Below, piece after piece: positions 9,709-18,707 of a stretch of 64,000 bases of DNA; positions within the stretch are counted from its first letter, which is position 1; each line of letters opens with the position of its first letter. The stretch is from Candidatus Dojkabacteria bacterium. GTDB taxonomy: Bacteria > Patescibacteriota > Dojkabacteria > SC72. The translations under genes and the position numbers were made by a program. The notes beneath the pieces were generated by a model. The model did no database searches. It was given only the letters and a program-made list of their open reading frames with translations, and was not told the origin of the DNA. Where the stretch lies: NCBI GenBank assembly GCA_012513575.1, contig JAAZBX010000002.1, forward strand, positions 104,574-168,573, read 5' to 3'.

Positions 9709-10122
9709 ATGAAAAAAGAAATAGATAAAACACACTGGACAATTCAAACCTTAGTATTTTTGACAATCATTCCTATGTTTGTTTTTCTTAATCAGATCGT
9801 CCCTTCTGAAGAGATTTTCTCTTTCAAAGAAGCAACCTCTCTTCTCTTCCTTCCCTCTCTACTTTCTATTTCTTTGGTAATGATTTCACTCTTTTGTAAC
9901 AGGAGAAAGCTCTTTTCAAAGGAGTATTGGTATTTGAATGATTTTGTTTACTGGAATATTTTTTCTTGCACTCTTTCCTTAATAGCAATTTTTCACGGCA
10001 TTAACAGTAAAGTATTTCCACTAATATTCTCCCAAGTCTTTGCATATATCGCTCTTCTTCTTGGTTATGCAAATGAACTTAGAAATGAGATAATAGAGGG
10101 AAAATTTAAGAAAGGAGAATAA
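9709..10122 (+). CDS. Hypothetical multi-pass membrane protein
   Basis: The ORF-track start at 9628 lies inside the tRNA-Ser gene. The plausible start is the Met at 9709 (MKKEIDKTHW). The protein is hydrophobic. Confidence 0.4.
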   Translation: MKKEIDKTHWTIQTLVFLTIIPMFVFLNQIVPSEEIFSFKEATSLLFLPSLLSISLVMISLFCNRRKLFSKEYWYLNDFVYWNIFSCTLSLIAIFHGINSKVFPLIFSQVFAYIALLLGYANELRNEIIEGKFKKGE

Positions 10123-10848
10123 ATGCAATTACCAAAATTAAAAAGATATCAAAAGAAGTATGATTTTTCGTATGCATTTGGTGCATATCCTGTACTTGAT
10201 CTTTTAAAATACCGAAAGGAGAAAGTACTTAAGATTTTTGTTAAGAGTGAGGGATTACAAAGTGATGGGATATCTGAAATTTCAGAGATTTGTAAAAAAG
10301 AAAATATTTCATTTGAAGAAAATAACCGATTGATTGACAAGATAGCTTATAAAGAGAATACATATGTGGTGGGTGTTTTTGAGAAATATGAATGTATTTT
10401 AGAACAGAATGAGAACCATATTGTTCTTGTAAATCCAAGTAATGCGGGTAATTTAGGGACAATAATTAGAACAATGATTGGTTTTGATTTTAGAAATCTT
10501 GCAATTATTAAACCAGGTGTAGATATTTTTGATCCTCTTGTTGTCAGGTCTACGATGGGGGCGTTGTTTGGAATCAACTTTAAGTATTTTGAGAGTTTTA
10601 AGGGGTATACAGAGGCTTACAAGGCACACAATTTGTATCCCTTTATGTTGGATGGAGCAAAGAATATTCTTGATATTGATTTTAAAGAACCTTTTTCATT
10701 TGTGCAGGGGAATGAGGGTAAGGGATTAGATGCCGGTTTCAAAGATTTCGGAGAGAGTATATATATTCCACACTCAGAGAAGATAGACTCTTTGAATCTT
10801 TCAGTCGCAACAGCTATTGGTATGTGGGAGTACAGTCGAAGAAAGTAG
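10123..10848 (+). CDS. TrmH/SpoU-family RNA 2'-O-methyltransferase
   Basis: It has the SPOUT motifs LVNPSNAGNLGTIIRT, VQGNEGKGLD and LNLSVATAIGMWE. Confidence 0.8.
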   Translation: MQLPKLKRYQKKYDFSYAFGAYPVLDLLKYRKEKVLKIFVKSEGLQSDGISEISEICKKENISFEENNRLIDKIAYKENTYVVGVFEKYECILEQNENHIVLVNPSNAGNLGTIIRTMIGFDFRNLAIIKPGVDIFDPLVVRSTMGALFGINFKYFESFKGYTEAYKAHNLYPFMLDGAKNILDIDFKEPFSFVQGNEGKGLDAGFKDFGESIYIPHSEKIDSLNLSVATAIGMWEYSRRK

Positions 10849-11193
10849 TAGTTTTCCTTTGTGGTGATATAATGGGGGATTAATTTAATATTAATTAAAT
10901 ATGTTCCCCCTAAAAGTTTTAGAGATTTCAAAAGAGCAAAAGGAAAGATTTAACAAGTATTTTGTAGAAGAGGATGGTAAATTCATGTTCAAAGGTATGT
11001 TCACTTTGTAGACCACTATACAGTCTTAACGGAGGGACAGAAAGAATATCTTGCGGTAGCAGATGCTTATCTTTGTGTTTCGAATACGTTACCAAGTAAT
11101 GAACTTGAGATATACGCAAACAAGATATATGAGGCATTAAAGAAAAACGGTTTCGTAGAAGCAGAGAAAGGTCTTTACAAGAAAGAGAATCTG

Positions 11194-12027
11194 TTGATTG
11201 AATTTAAGTATTTTGATGATCATCCCAAAAATAAAGAAGGTAATGTCTCGTTCCCCGCAGGCTATCGTTCATTAGACATATTTGTTTACTCTGAGGGAAA
11301 TGAGTTTGAAAGTCACTATGACAGAATGTGGGAACATTCTACAAAGATGTTTAGAATTCCAGATAAAAGGGAGAATCCTTTGTATGCAACTGATGTAAAA
11401 TTGATAGAGAAGTATCTCCCCGCACAGGTGGAAATGGGTTGTGGGCCATCAATTGAGGTTGGAATTCCTCCTCTACATGGAATGCACGAGACTTACAAAG
11501 TTCAGAATCACCTAACTCACAAATTCTACTTCGCTGATATGGATTATTTGATATTGCAAATTATCGAGAATCCTCTTGAGATGTATAAAAAGTTTTCAAG
11601 AGTCCCCATTCTATGTCTTACATCTGAACACTCTGATGCATATTTGAAGTTTAAAAAGTATTATGACAAAGGTTTGTTTGTAGGAACTGTATACAACAAC
11701 AATTTTGATAGGTTAGTTAAGAGATTAGATATTCCAGAATTTATTTTGCGAATATATGACAAAAAGAGGTATTTACCAAAGATTGATTTTGATCCAAAAG
11801 CAAAATCATTAATTTGTTTTGGTTCTCATGCAGATAGGAGAATGGTTCAAAAACAAGCAAGAGAGAAGGGTCTTCAAATTATATTTGTTGATCCAGAGGG
11901 TTTTGATACACCAAATGGATTTGATTCTTATCCAATAGAGGGTCCTAAGGATGGAGATATTATTTTCAAGATGCCATTCTCAGAATTTATGGATAAGTTT
12001 GATAAATATTTTGAGAAAAGAAACTAA
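11194..12027 (+). CDS. Hypothetical protein
   Basis: The ORF track begins at a TTG. The first in-frame ATG is at 11326. No motif was recognised. Confidence 0.4.
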   Translation: MIEFKYFDDHPKNKEGNVSFPAGYRSLDIFVYSEGNEFESHYDRMWEHSTKMFRIPDKRENPLYATDVKLIEKYLPAQVEMGCGPSIEVGIPPLHGMHETYKVQNHLTHKFYFADMDYLILQIIENPLEMYKKFSRVPILCLTSEHSDAYLKFKKYYDKGLFVGTVYNNNFDRLVKRLDIPEFILRIYDKKRYLPKIDFDPKAKSLICFGSHADRRMVQKQAREKGLQIIFVDPEGFDTPNGFDSYPIEGPKDGDIIFKMPFSEFMDKFDKYFEKRN

Positions 12028-12044
12028 CTTAGACAAAGTTCTGG

Positions 12045-12073
12045 TTGAGTGAAATTTGAAAAAATGGTATAAT
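12045..12073 (+). promoter_or_regulatory. Sigma70-type promoter with an extended -10 element, upstream of ssrA
   Basis: TTGAGT lies at 12045-12050. After a 17-bp spacer comes TGgTATAAT at 12065-12073, about 20 nt upstream of the tmRNA 5' end. Confidence 0.5.
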
Positions 12074-12094
12074 ACTAATGTTCTTTACAAATAT

Positions 12095-12501
12095 GGGGAC
12101 GTCAGGCTATCGACAGAAGCTTGATTCTAGTTATCACAAACCGTTTGTTAAGTTCGTTATTCTTAACACACATTATAAGTGTAAAAAATAAAATCGTCGC
12201 TTTTGCAGAGCAGTTAAAAGCAGCTGTTTCAGCTCCACTTTATAACTATAACTTTGCATAAGTTTAACTGATTAATTTCGGTTAATGTCTTTTATCCTTT
12301 TCCCTAATGAGGGATGTAAGACAGTCGTTATTAGGGTATGGTCTTCTATCAGGTCAGTAGGGTAGTAGATTGAAAAATATAACTGAGGAGATGTACTTTT
12401 TGTCTAATCTTTTAGGTATGTCTTACTAAACAAGAGTAGATATGTTTGTATATGGTGCTAGATGACACTTTTGGACATGGGTTCAATTCCCATCGTCTCC
12501 A
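12095..12501 (+). ncRNA. ssrA: tmRNA (SsrA)
   Basis: The 5' GGGGACG pairs with the 3' CGTCTCC to form a tRNA-like acceptor, and the T-arm is ATGGGTTCAATTCCCAT. An internal tag ORF reads GCT TTT GCA GAG CAG ... AAC TTT GCA TAA. Confidence 0.85.
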
Positions 12502-12526
12502 CATTGTAAAGATTTAAATGTGGAAA

Positions 12527-12934
12527 CTATTTCTCTTTTGTAATTAACTTTTTTACATCTATAAGCCCTTTTATCAAAACAGGAACTAGTAAGATTGGGA
12601 TAATTGGCAAAGAATCATCAAACATCAGAAATTCAGCAATAATAGCAACAATTGTAAGTATTATTGAGTAAATAAATATTTTCTCTGTACTTTTAGGAGT
12701 TTCAAGTTTGTCTTTTCTAAGCTTGTTCCCAAATATAAATATTCCGATGGAAACAAAAATAGAAGCAGAGAAGTAGACAATATCTATTGTAGATATGCTC
12801 TCAGAAGTATATACATCGTAGTATATAAATTGCCCGGCGATAAAGACTATCTGCCTAAGTAGGAAAATTATAGAGATAATAAAAACAATCCATCCGATAG
12901 CTTTTATCGTTTTTTTTGTTTCCTCTTGGTCCAT
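12527..12934 (-). CDS. Hypothetical multi-pass membrane protein
   Basis: It is a 135-aa hydrophobic ORF with no motif. Confidence 0.4.
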   Translation of the reverse strand: MDQEETKKTIKAIGWIVFIISIIFLLRQIVFIAGQFIYYDVYTSESISTIDIVYFSASIFVSIGIFIFGNKLRKDKLETPKSTEKIFIYSIILTIVAIIAEFLMFDDSLPIIPILLVPVLIKGLIDVKKLITKEK

Positions 12935-13063
12935 TTAATTATTGTTTAATTTAATAAAAAAATCATATATCTTTATTCCTTCACCGTCAACGTCTATCCT
13001 GCCTTTAATTGTATAAAGCCAATAATTTAGGTATATTAAACTAATAAATTAATATTAATCTAA

Positions 13064-13696
13064 ATGGAAGATAAAAAATATCTCAACGAGGAAAAATATC
13101 AAAAAGTTGTAAAAAAGTTATCTAAAATATCAATTGTCATATTAATATTGGGTCTCTTAATAGGGGGAGGATTAATAGCGTATGGATTTTTCAAATCCAA
13201 TGAAAAAACAACACCAGCAGTTGTGAAGGAAGAAGAGAAAAGTGAAGAGGATATTAAGGCAGAGATTCAGGCTTTAGAAAATGAAATAGCTCCTTTAGAA
13301 GCAAAAAAGGCTGAAGAATTTACACAAAACGGCTTTTCTGAGGAATACTACAGACTCTCAAATCAAATAGAGGAGAAAGATATAAAGTTAGGCAGTTTAA
13401 GAGTTGGGTCATTTGAAGAATCGAAGGTTTTTGAAGATTTTAAAGAGAAGTCGGATTCAATTGTAAAGAAAGTAAAATACTCTCCTTTCTATATGATAGG
13501 TGGTTTTATCATTTTTGCATCATTTGTAGTCTCTTTCATGGTATTTCTCTTTTCCAAGAGAAGAGAGATTTCAGCTTTCTCAGTACAGCAGAGTATGCCT
13601 GTGGCTAAGGAAGGTTTGGAAAAGATTGCGCCTTCATTGGGCGAAGTAGGAAAAGAAATTGCAAAAGGAATCAAAGAAGGGACAAAGGAGGAATAG
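13064..13696 (+). CDS. Hypothetical membrane-anchored coiled-coil protein
   Basis: It has an N-terminal TM helix, a Glu/Lys-rich coiled coil and a second TM helix. Confidence 0.4.
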   Translation: MEDKKYLNEEKYQKVVKKLSKISIVILILGLLIGGGLIAYGFFKSNEKTTPAVVKEEEKSEEDIKAEIQALENEIAPLEAKKAEEFTQNGFSEEYYRLSNQIEEKDIKLGSLRVGSFEESKVFEDFKEKSDSIVKKVKYSPFYMIGGFIIFASFVVSFMVFLFSKRREISAFSVQQSMPVAKEGLEKIAPSLGEVGKEIAKGIKEGTKEE

Positions 13697-13697
13697 A

Positions 13698-14324
13698 TTA
13701 AAGCGAAAGAAGTAGCACAACGATAATACCAAGCACCATAAATGGAACAAAGGGTATTTTTAATCCCTTAAACCTCTTTTTCTTGTAAGCAAGTATCAAA
13801 CCATAGATTAAAGCAGTAAAGATAGTAATATATAGCCAAAGTATTAAATTACTACTCCCAATTAAAAGACCACAGATAATTGCAATCCTAACATCTCCTT
13901 GTCCTAGTCCTTTCTCTTTAGTAATTACAACAATCAATTGAAATATCAGACCTAATATAATAGCTCCAATTAAATTCTCATAAGGGAGATAGAAGTAATT
14001 TCTTGTTACTTCAAGTCCCCAAGTACTTCCTTTAACTAGAAAAAAAGAGACATTCAAAAGTAAGAGGGTGATAATTAGATAAAGAGACACCTTTTGATCT
14101 ACCTCCATCGTTTTGAAATCCTTTAATGCGAGAAAGAGGAGCAGGGTAAATATGAGAAGAAGAATCAAAAGGATAAATACTGTTTTAAAAGAACAGGTGG
14201 AATTGAGAAGGACTTTAAAGCTTGCAAAAAGCTGTACTAGAATAAATACTGTGATACTTATGATCTCTTCGATTTTTAATTTCTCTTTAAATATTTGAAA
14301 TTTCAAATGGGTCCGAATTAACAT
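13698..14324 (-). CDS. pilD: Prepilin peptidase (A24 family, short form)
   Basis: It is polytopic with the A24 signature GLGQGDVRIAIICGLLIG. It sits at the end of the pilus operon. Confidence 0.7.
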   Translation of the reverse strand: MLIRTHLKFQIFKEKLKIEEIISITVFILVQLFASFKVLLNSTCSFKTVFILLILLLIFTLLLFLALKDFKTMEVDQKVSLYLIITLLLLNVSFFLVKGSTWGLEVTRNYFYLPYENLIGAIILGLIFQLIVVITKEKGLGQGDVRIAIICGLLIGSSNLILWLYITIFTALIYGLILAYKKKRFKGLKIPFVPFMVLGIIVVLLLSL

Positions 14325-14664
14325 TTAATTCTTTTAGGATATTTACATAATTATCTGAATCATCTGTTGCTGTTATGCTCAAAAGTTTAACTCCAGGTTC
14401 TCCAACCTTCTCAGCTATTATTGAATTGCAACTCCAACCTTCCTGAGTCATTGAGAATACTCCAACAAAGAGGTGGTCTCTTTTAATTTTGTATACACTT
14501 TCTTCAAGGCAGGTCTCAGCATTTATTTGGAGTATGTTACTGTCATAGGTCATTTTGCTTGTAAGGAGTAGTCCAATATTTTTGTAAACTAAATCAATTC
14601 CTGTTAGAAGAAGGATTGGTAATACTATTAATACGGTTGTTAGTGCAATATATCCTTTTTTCAT
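14287..14664 (-). CDS. Small pilus-associated membrane protein, possibly a PilX-like minor pilin without E5
   Basis: It has an N-terminal hydrophobic helix (KKGYIALTTVLIVLPILLL) and lies within the pilus operon. The assignment is weak. Confidence 0.35.
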   Translation of the reverse strand: MKKGYIALTTVLIVLPILLLTGIDLVYKNIGLLLTSKMTYDSNILQINAETCLEESVYKIKRDHLFVGVFSMTQEGWSCNSIIAEKVGEPGVKLLSITATDDSDNYVNILKELNVNSDPFEISNI

Positions 14665-14666
14665 TG

Positions 14667-15143
14667 TTATCTAATTATTGCTAAAAAACTTATCGTTTTT
14701 GATTGGCTATACTTGCTTCCCGATACAATCTCAACAGTTATCTTTGTTGCAACTACTTCATTTTTTCGATTTGTCACTGGTTCAAGATACATCTTTATTA
14801 CTTGTATATTACTTGGTGTAATGGGAATAGAGTTGTAAAGGATTCTAGAATTTTCCAAACGATATATCTTTTCCCCATCTTTGAGCATTACTGAGAGAAC
14901 TCCAGAGTCGTTGTTAAATATTGTATTGGTTGTATTAATACTTAAAGTTTTGCTGAATGTGTCCTGTATATGCTGGATTACGAAAGAAGAAGATTGCAGG
15001 GCAAGAACTCTACTTGCTGTTCTCTGGCTTGATTCTTGTGCGGAGAGCATGAATGAAACAATTATTATCATGATTGAAGCAGTAAGCCCTATGTAGAGAA
15101 CCGTTTCAAACAATGTTAATCCTTTTAATTTGTTACTTTTCAT
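14667..15143 (-). CDS. Prepilin-type N-terminal domain protein (minor pilin or pseudopilin)
   Basis: The true start is probably the Met at 15143 (MKSNKLKG|LTLFETVLYIGL). The cleavage site is G|LTLFE, with Glu at +5. Confidence 0.55.
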   Translation of the reverse strand: MKSNKLKGLTLFETVLYIGLTASIMIIIVSFMLSAQESSQRTASRVLALQSSSFVIQHIQDTFSKTLSINTTNTIFNNDSGVLSVMLKDGEKIYRLENSRILYNSIPITPSNIQVIKMYLEPVTNRKNEVVATKITVEIVSGSKYSQSKTISFLAIIR

Positions 15144-17061
15144 AGCTAATAGAGAGTTCCTTAAGTAAAGATGTTGTATCCGTATTTGAAACAAAGTCAG
15201 CTTTGTACTGGAAATATCTTCCATGGAGTGGAGCAGTAAGGTAGTAAATGCCTGTGGTTGAGTAGTAAGTATCCGGGGTGTTGTCTGGTCCCACCCAAGT
15301 GCTTCCTTCCATTGTAGCTGAGGAGCTTGCCCTTAGTTGAATTTTTAATTCAGAACCTACTGGAATTTCGGTATCTAAAGTTAAAGTGTAAAAAGTGGCA
15401 GTTTCGGAGGTAGTATCTAAAATTTTTGACAGATATTGACCAGAAGGAAGATATCCATAACCATCGTCTCCTCCGCCTCCGTTTCCTCCTTCAATTACTT
15501 TGAGCTCATTTGTTGAATCTGATGTAAGTACATATGTGTAAAGGTGTTCTCCAAGAATTACTAAATCCATGGAATTGATTGATGTTGAGATACTCAATTG
15601 CCCACATTGAGTGGCTGAGGTCCCTGTGGAGATATCAAGTACAATGTAGTCTGGGTTTCCATACCCACCCTCTCCTCCAATCATAACTCTGTTCTCTACC
15701 GCAGTAATTGAGCTTACAGCAAGTGTCCCTAGTTCGTATGAGAAAACAAGTGGGTATTCTGTATACTTGTTTGAGATATCAAGGACATAGAATTCGTGTC
15801 CAGCATTTGTGCTTGTCCCTACATATGCTTTGTTCTTGTCTAGGGAGATAAAGAGGGCAGTAGGGGTAATGCTTCCCAAATTTGCTTTGCCTACTAGCGT
15901 AATTGTGGGAGAATAAGTGTAAACTTTTAGGTTGTAAGTATCACCACTTACAGTGACATACATGAAATTTTCATCAACATACAAATCAGTTACCAAAGCT
16001 CCTCCGCCTCCTACAGAAACAGATCTTAATGTACTTCTTGATCCTGTTTTTACTGTAATATCAAAGAGTGTTACATTGTTTCTGTAACTTACAAATCCAA
16101 TATTCCCATATCCTGCGACATGTTGGCCATCAACATTCCCAGACAAATCATACCATCCGACCTCCTGATAGGGAGAAATATTTGTACTTATGATAGACAC
16201 CTCCTTTGAGTTTGTGTCTGACCCAATTAATGCATATCCATCAGGGAGAGCTTGTATATCATTGGTTTTTCCAAGATCGACATTCCCATTTACTGTTAAT
16301 ATTGGTTCTCCATTTGAATTCTCTGTTACTGTCGCCTTTACAAAAGAGAGACCTGAAGCGTTGTCCCCTGTTCCCATATATATGGTATTCCCATGGGTAG
16401 AAATTGTTTTTGCTACACCTTGTCCTGGCAGGTCAAAAGCATATGTACTAAGAGATGGCCTGCACCAATCAAAATACCTTTGGGGGGCAAGCCTTAATTC
16501 TCCTCCATATGTCTCTTGTGCTAGGGTATCGGTATATGTCCCTAGGTCAAAATCTGCTTTTGAAGTAAATACAACTGAATTAATATTCCAGTCATTTAAA
16601 AATAGCTTTGGAGTAAGTGTGTAAAGTTTCCCCAATCTATCTCTCCATTGGATATTAATATCTACAGTTCTTGTATGAGGATCTAGCGTGCCACCCTCGC
16701 TGACTATCTCCCCCAAGTTATTTCTGTAGGCATACGAGATGGTAAAAAAGTAGTTTAAAGAATTTTGAACTCCAGGACCCTCAGCTATACTGTACGTTCC
16801 GTCAACAAACTCGATATGCCTTTCTCCTCCATCTGTTTCTTTGGAAATACCAAACCACTCCTCAGATTTAACAAATTTTAGAGCGGAGTATATATCCCTC
16901 GTTAAATTTGCAGCATTTGTCCTTTTCTCAATATTTTCATATGCTCTTGTGGCATCTACCATCAAGAAAATCAGAAAAGAAGATATAACCGCAAAAAGTC
17001 CAATAGAGAGAACTATCTCAGTTAAGCTAAAACCTTCCAATTTTTTCTTCTTTTTATTCAT
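15133..17061 (-). CDS. Giant 642-aa prepilin-type protein, a putative pilus tip or adhesin subunit
   Basis: It has a class III signal (MNKKKKKLEG|FSLTEIVLSIGL) followed by about 600 aa of Gly/Thr/Ser-rich, beta-rich sequence. Confidence 0.6.
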   Translation of the reverse strand: MNKKKKKLEGFSLTEIVLSIGLFAVISSFLIFLMVDATRAYENIEKRTNAANLTRDIYSALKFVKSEEWFGISKETDGGERHIEFVDGTYSIAEGPGVQNSLNYFFTISYAYRNNLGEIVSEGGTLDPHTRTVDINIQWRDRLGKLYTLTPKLFLNDWNINSVVFTSKADFDLGTYTDTLAQETYGGELRLAPQRYFDWCRPSLSTYAFDLPGQGVAKTISTHGNTIYMGTGDNASGLSFVKATVTENSNGEPILTVNGNVDLGKTNDIQALPDGYALIGSDTNSKEVSIISTNISPYQEVGWYDLSGNVDGQHVAGYGNIGFVSYRNNVTLFDITVKTGSRSTLRSVSVGGGGALVTDLYVDENFMYVTVSGDTYNLKVYTYSPTITLVGKANLGSITPTALFISLDKNKAYVGTSTNAGHEFYVLDISNKYTEYPLVFSYELGTLAVSSITAVENRVMIGGEGGYGNPDYIVLDISTGTSATQCGQLSISTSINSMDLVILGEHLYTYVLTSDSTNELKVIEGGNGGGGDDGYGYLPSGQYLSKILDTTSETATFYTLTLDTEIPVGSELKIQLRASSSATMEGSTWVGPDNTPDTYYSTTGIYYLTAPLHGRYFQYKADFVSNTDTTSLLKELSISYEK

Positions 17062-17515
17062 ATTCTATCAACCCCTCCTCATTTATACTTACTTTAACTG
17101 ATTGCGAACCTATTCCAACATATATGTTTCCAAAAGATACTGGCTTGAAAGAGTCATTTGGGAAGAGAATTGAGTTATCAGTTGTTAATGCTGTTGAAGA
17201 AATATATGTGTTTTTAGGAAGAACTTTTTCGTCTTTTTCTGTTCCTGTATCAAAGGAGTCCCCATCAAAAAGGTAATATCTTCCGTTGGTAAAATATATC
17301 CCTGTTGAGATATTTTTGCTTTTTGCTCTTTGTTGTTGATAGTAGATATCGGAAGCTATCTGAGAAGCGTACCCCTTTATCTTTGATTTTTGGACATTTC
17401 CAAGAGTTGTAGGGAATGTTAATGCCGAAATTAGAAGTAAAAGCCCCAGAGTAAGGATAATTTCAAGGAGAGAGAAGCCTTTCAAATCTTTTGTTTTTAA
17501 TTTTTTCCTAACCAT
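17054..17515 (-). CDS. Minor pilin (prepilin-type N-terminal cleavage/methylation domain)
   Basis: The N-terminus is MVRKKLKTKDLKG|FSLLEIILTLGLLLLIS, with Glu at +5. Confidence 0.6.
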   Translation of the reverse strand: MVRKKLKTKDLKGFSLLEIILTLGLLLLISALTFPTTLGNVQKSKIKGYASQIASDIYYQQQRAKSKNISTGIYFTNGRYYLFDGDSFDTGTEKDEKVLPKNTYISSTALTTDNSILFPNDSFKPVSFGNIYVGIGSQSVKVSINEEGLIEYE

Positions 17516-18707
17516 TGATAGTACCCATTAATTGATAGATTGGCATGAGAACAGTAATTCCCAGACCCCCAATTATTGCTCCTACCAAAATTAGAAGAAG
17601 AGGTTCTACGAATGTAACAATATTGTTGCTCATTTCAGTTACTTCTTCTGAGTAGAATTCGTGAAGGTACATGAGATTATCTTCCAAAGAGCCACTTACC
17701 TCACCGATATCCACCATTTTTACGAAAGAGGTGTTGAAATATTTAGGATATTCAGCAAGTGAGATGGAGAGATCTTTCCCATCATGGATACTTTGGTGTA
17801 TTTCTTTTAAGATCCCTGCATAGATGGAATTACTTGTCGTGGCAGAAGCGATTTCCATTGATTGCTCTAGAGGAATTCCACTTGCTAGAAGGACGCTTAA
17901 TGTCCTTGAAAAGGAAGCAAGAATGTTTGCGATAAAGAGTTTTTTGAGGATTGGGAAATGTATTGCAAGCCATCCGAGGAATTTTTTACCAGATTTTGTT
18001 TTAAGATAAAGAATAATTAAGGTAATAATGACTGCTAATATTGCAAATATATACATCCAATTTGTTCTAATGAACTTTGAGGCGCTCATTATGAAGAGAG
18101 TGAATTTAGGAATATTCTCAAAAGCCTCAAACATTGTTTCAAGTTTAGGAAGAACGATAAAGATCATTCCAAGAAATTCCATTAGAGTCATTCCCACAAT
18201 TATGACTGGGTAGATAATTGCTCCTTTGAGTTTTTTGTTTATCTCCCATTCTTTTTGAATTGTCTCCGCAACAAATATTAAGTTTTTTTCTAAGGAGCCA
18301 CCTTTCTCTCCAGCCTCGACAACAGAGGATATTGTTCTTGGGAATACTTTCGGAAATAGATTCATAGCTTTAGCCAAACTTACGCCTTTTTTTACTTCGT
18401 TGGATATATAGTCGTATATCTTATTTAAATTTTGATCACTTGATTGTCCAGAGATGGTCTCAATCGTTTCTGACAATGGGATTCCTGCTTTTAATAGGGC
18501 AGCTAGGGATTTAATTGAAATTAGTAGTGTAGGGACTTTAATCTTGTAACTCTGTAAAGTTTTTAGTAGCTTAGCTTTTTTCTTGTCCTCTATCTGAATT
18601 TGGCTTGTTTTTTCCTCCCCTATTGTCTCTTTGGTCTTAACGGCTTCTTCCTTTTTAACTTCTTCCACTAATTCTTCTTTTTTAGTTTGTTCCTTTTCTT
18701 CTTTCAT
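17508..18707 (-). CDS. pilC: Type IV pilus assembly platform protein PilC (GspF family)
   Basis: It has two GspF-type repeats (e.g. EAGEKGGSLEKNL and GEVSGSLEDNL) and three TM segments. Confidence 0.85.
   Translation of the reverse strand: MKEEKEQTKKEELVEEVKKEEAVKTKETIGEEKTSQIQIEDKKKAKLLKTLQSYKIKVPTLLISIKSLAALLKAGIPLSETIETISGQSSDQNLNKIYDYISNEVKKGVSLAKAMNLFPKVFPRTISSVVEAGEKGGSLEKNLIFVAETIQKEWEINKKLKGAIIYPVIIVGMTLMEFLGMIFIVLPKLETMFEAFENIPKFTLFIMSASKFIRTNWMYIFAILAVIITLIILYLKTKSGKKFLGWLAIHFPILKKLFIANILASFSRTLSVLLASGIPLEQSMEIASATTSNSIYAGILKEIHQSIHDGKDLSISLAEYPKYFNTSFVKMVDIGEVSGSLEDNLMYLHEFYSEEVTEMSNNIVTFVEPLLLILVGAIIGGLGITVLMPIYQLMGTING

Noticed and set aside
9584-9766. A 60-aa minus-strand ORF, together with the first 27 codons of plus-strand ORF 9628-10122
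   Set aside because: Both lie across the tRNA-Ser(CGA) gene at 9614-9700. The plus-strand protein more plausibly starts at the Met at 9709.
10149-10931. A stack of four minus-strand ORFs of 63-104 aa
   Set aside because: All are antisense to the well-supported TrmH/SpoU methyltransferase gene. They have low-complexity composition and no motifs.
16190-16624. A 144-aa plus-strand ORF, and similar antisense ORFs inside pilB, pilC, the MmeI-like gene, ftsH, polA, the ligase gene and others
   Set aside because: They are embedded antisense within long genes that have strong motif support. These shadow ORFs are typical of purine-rich coding strands.
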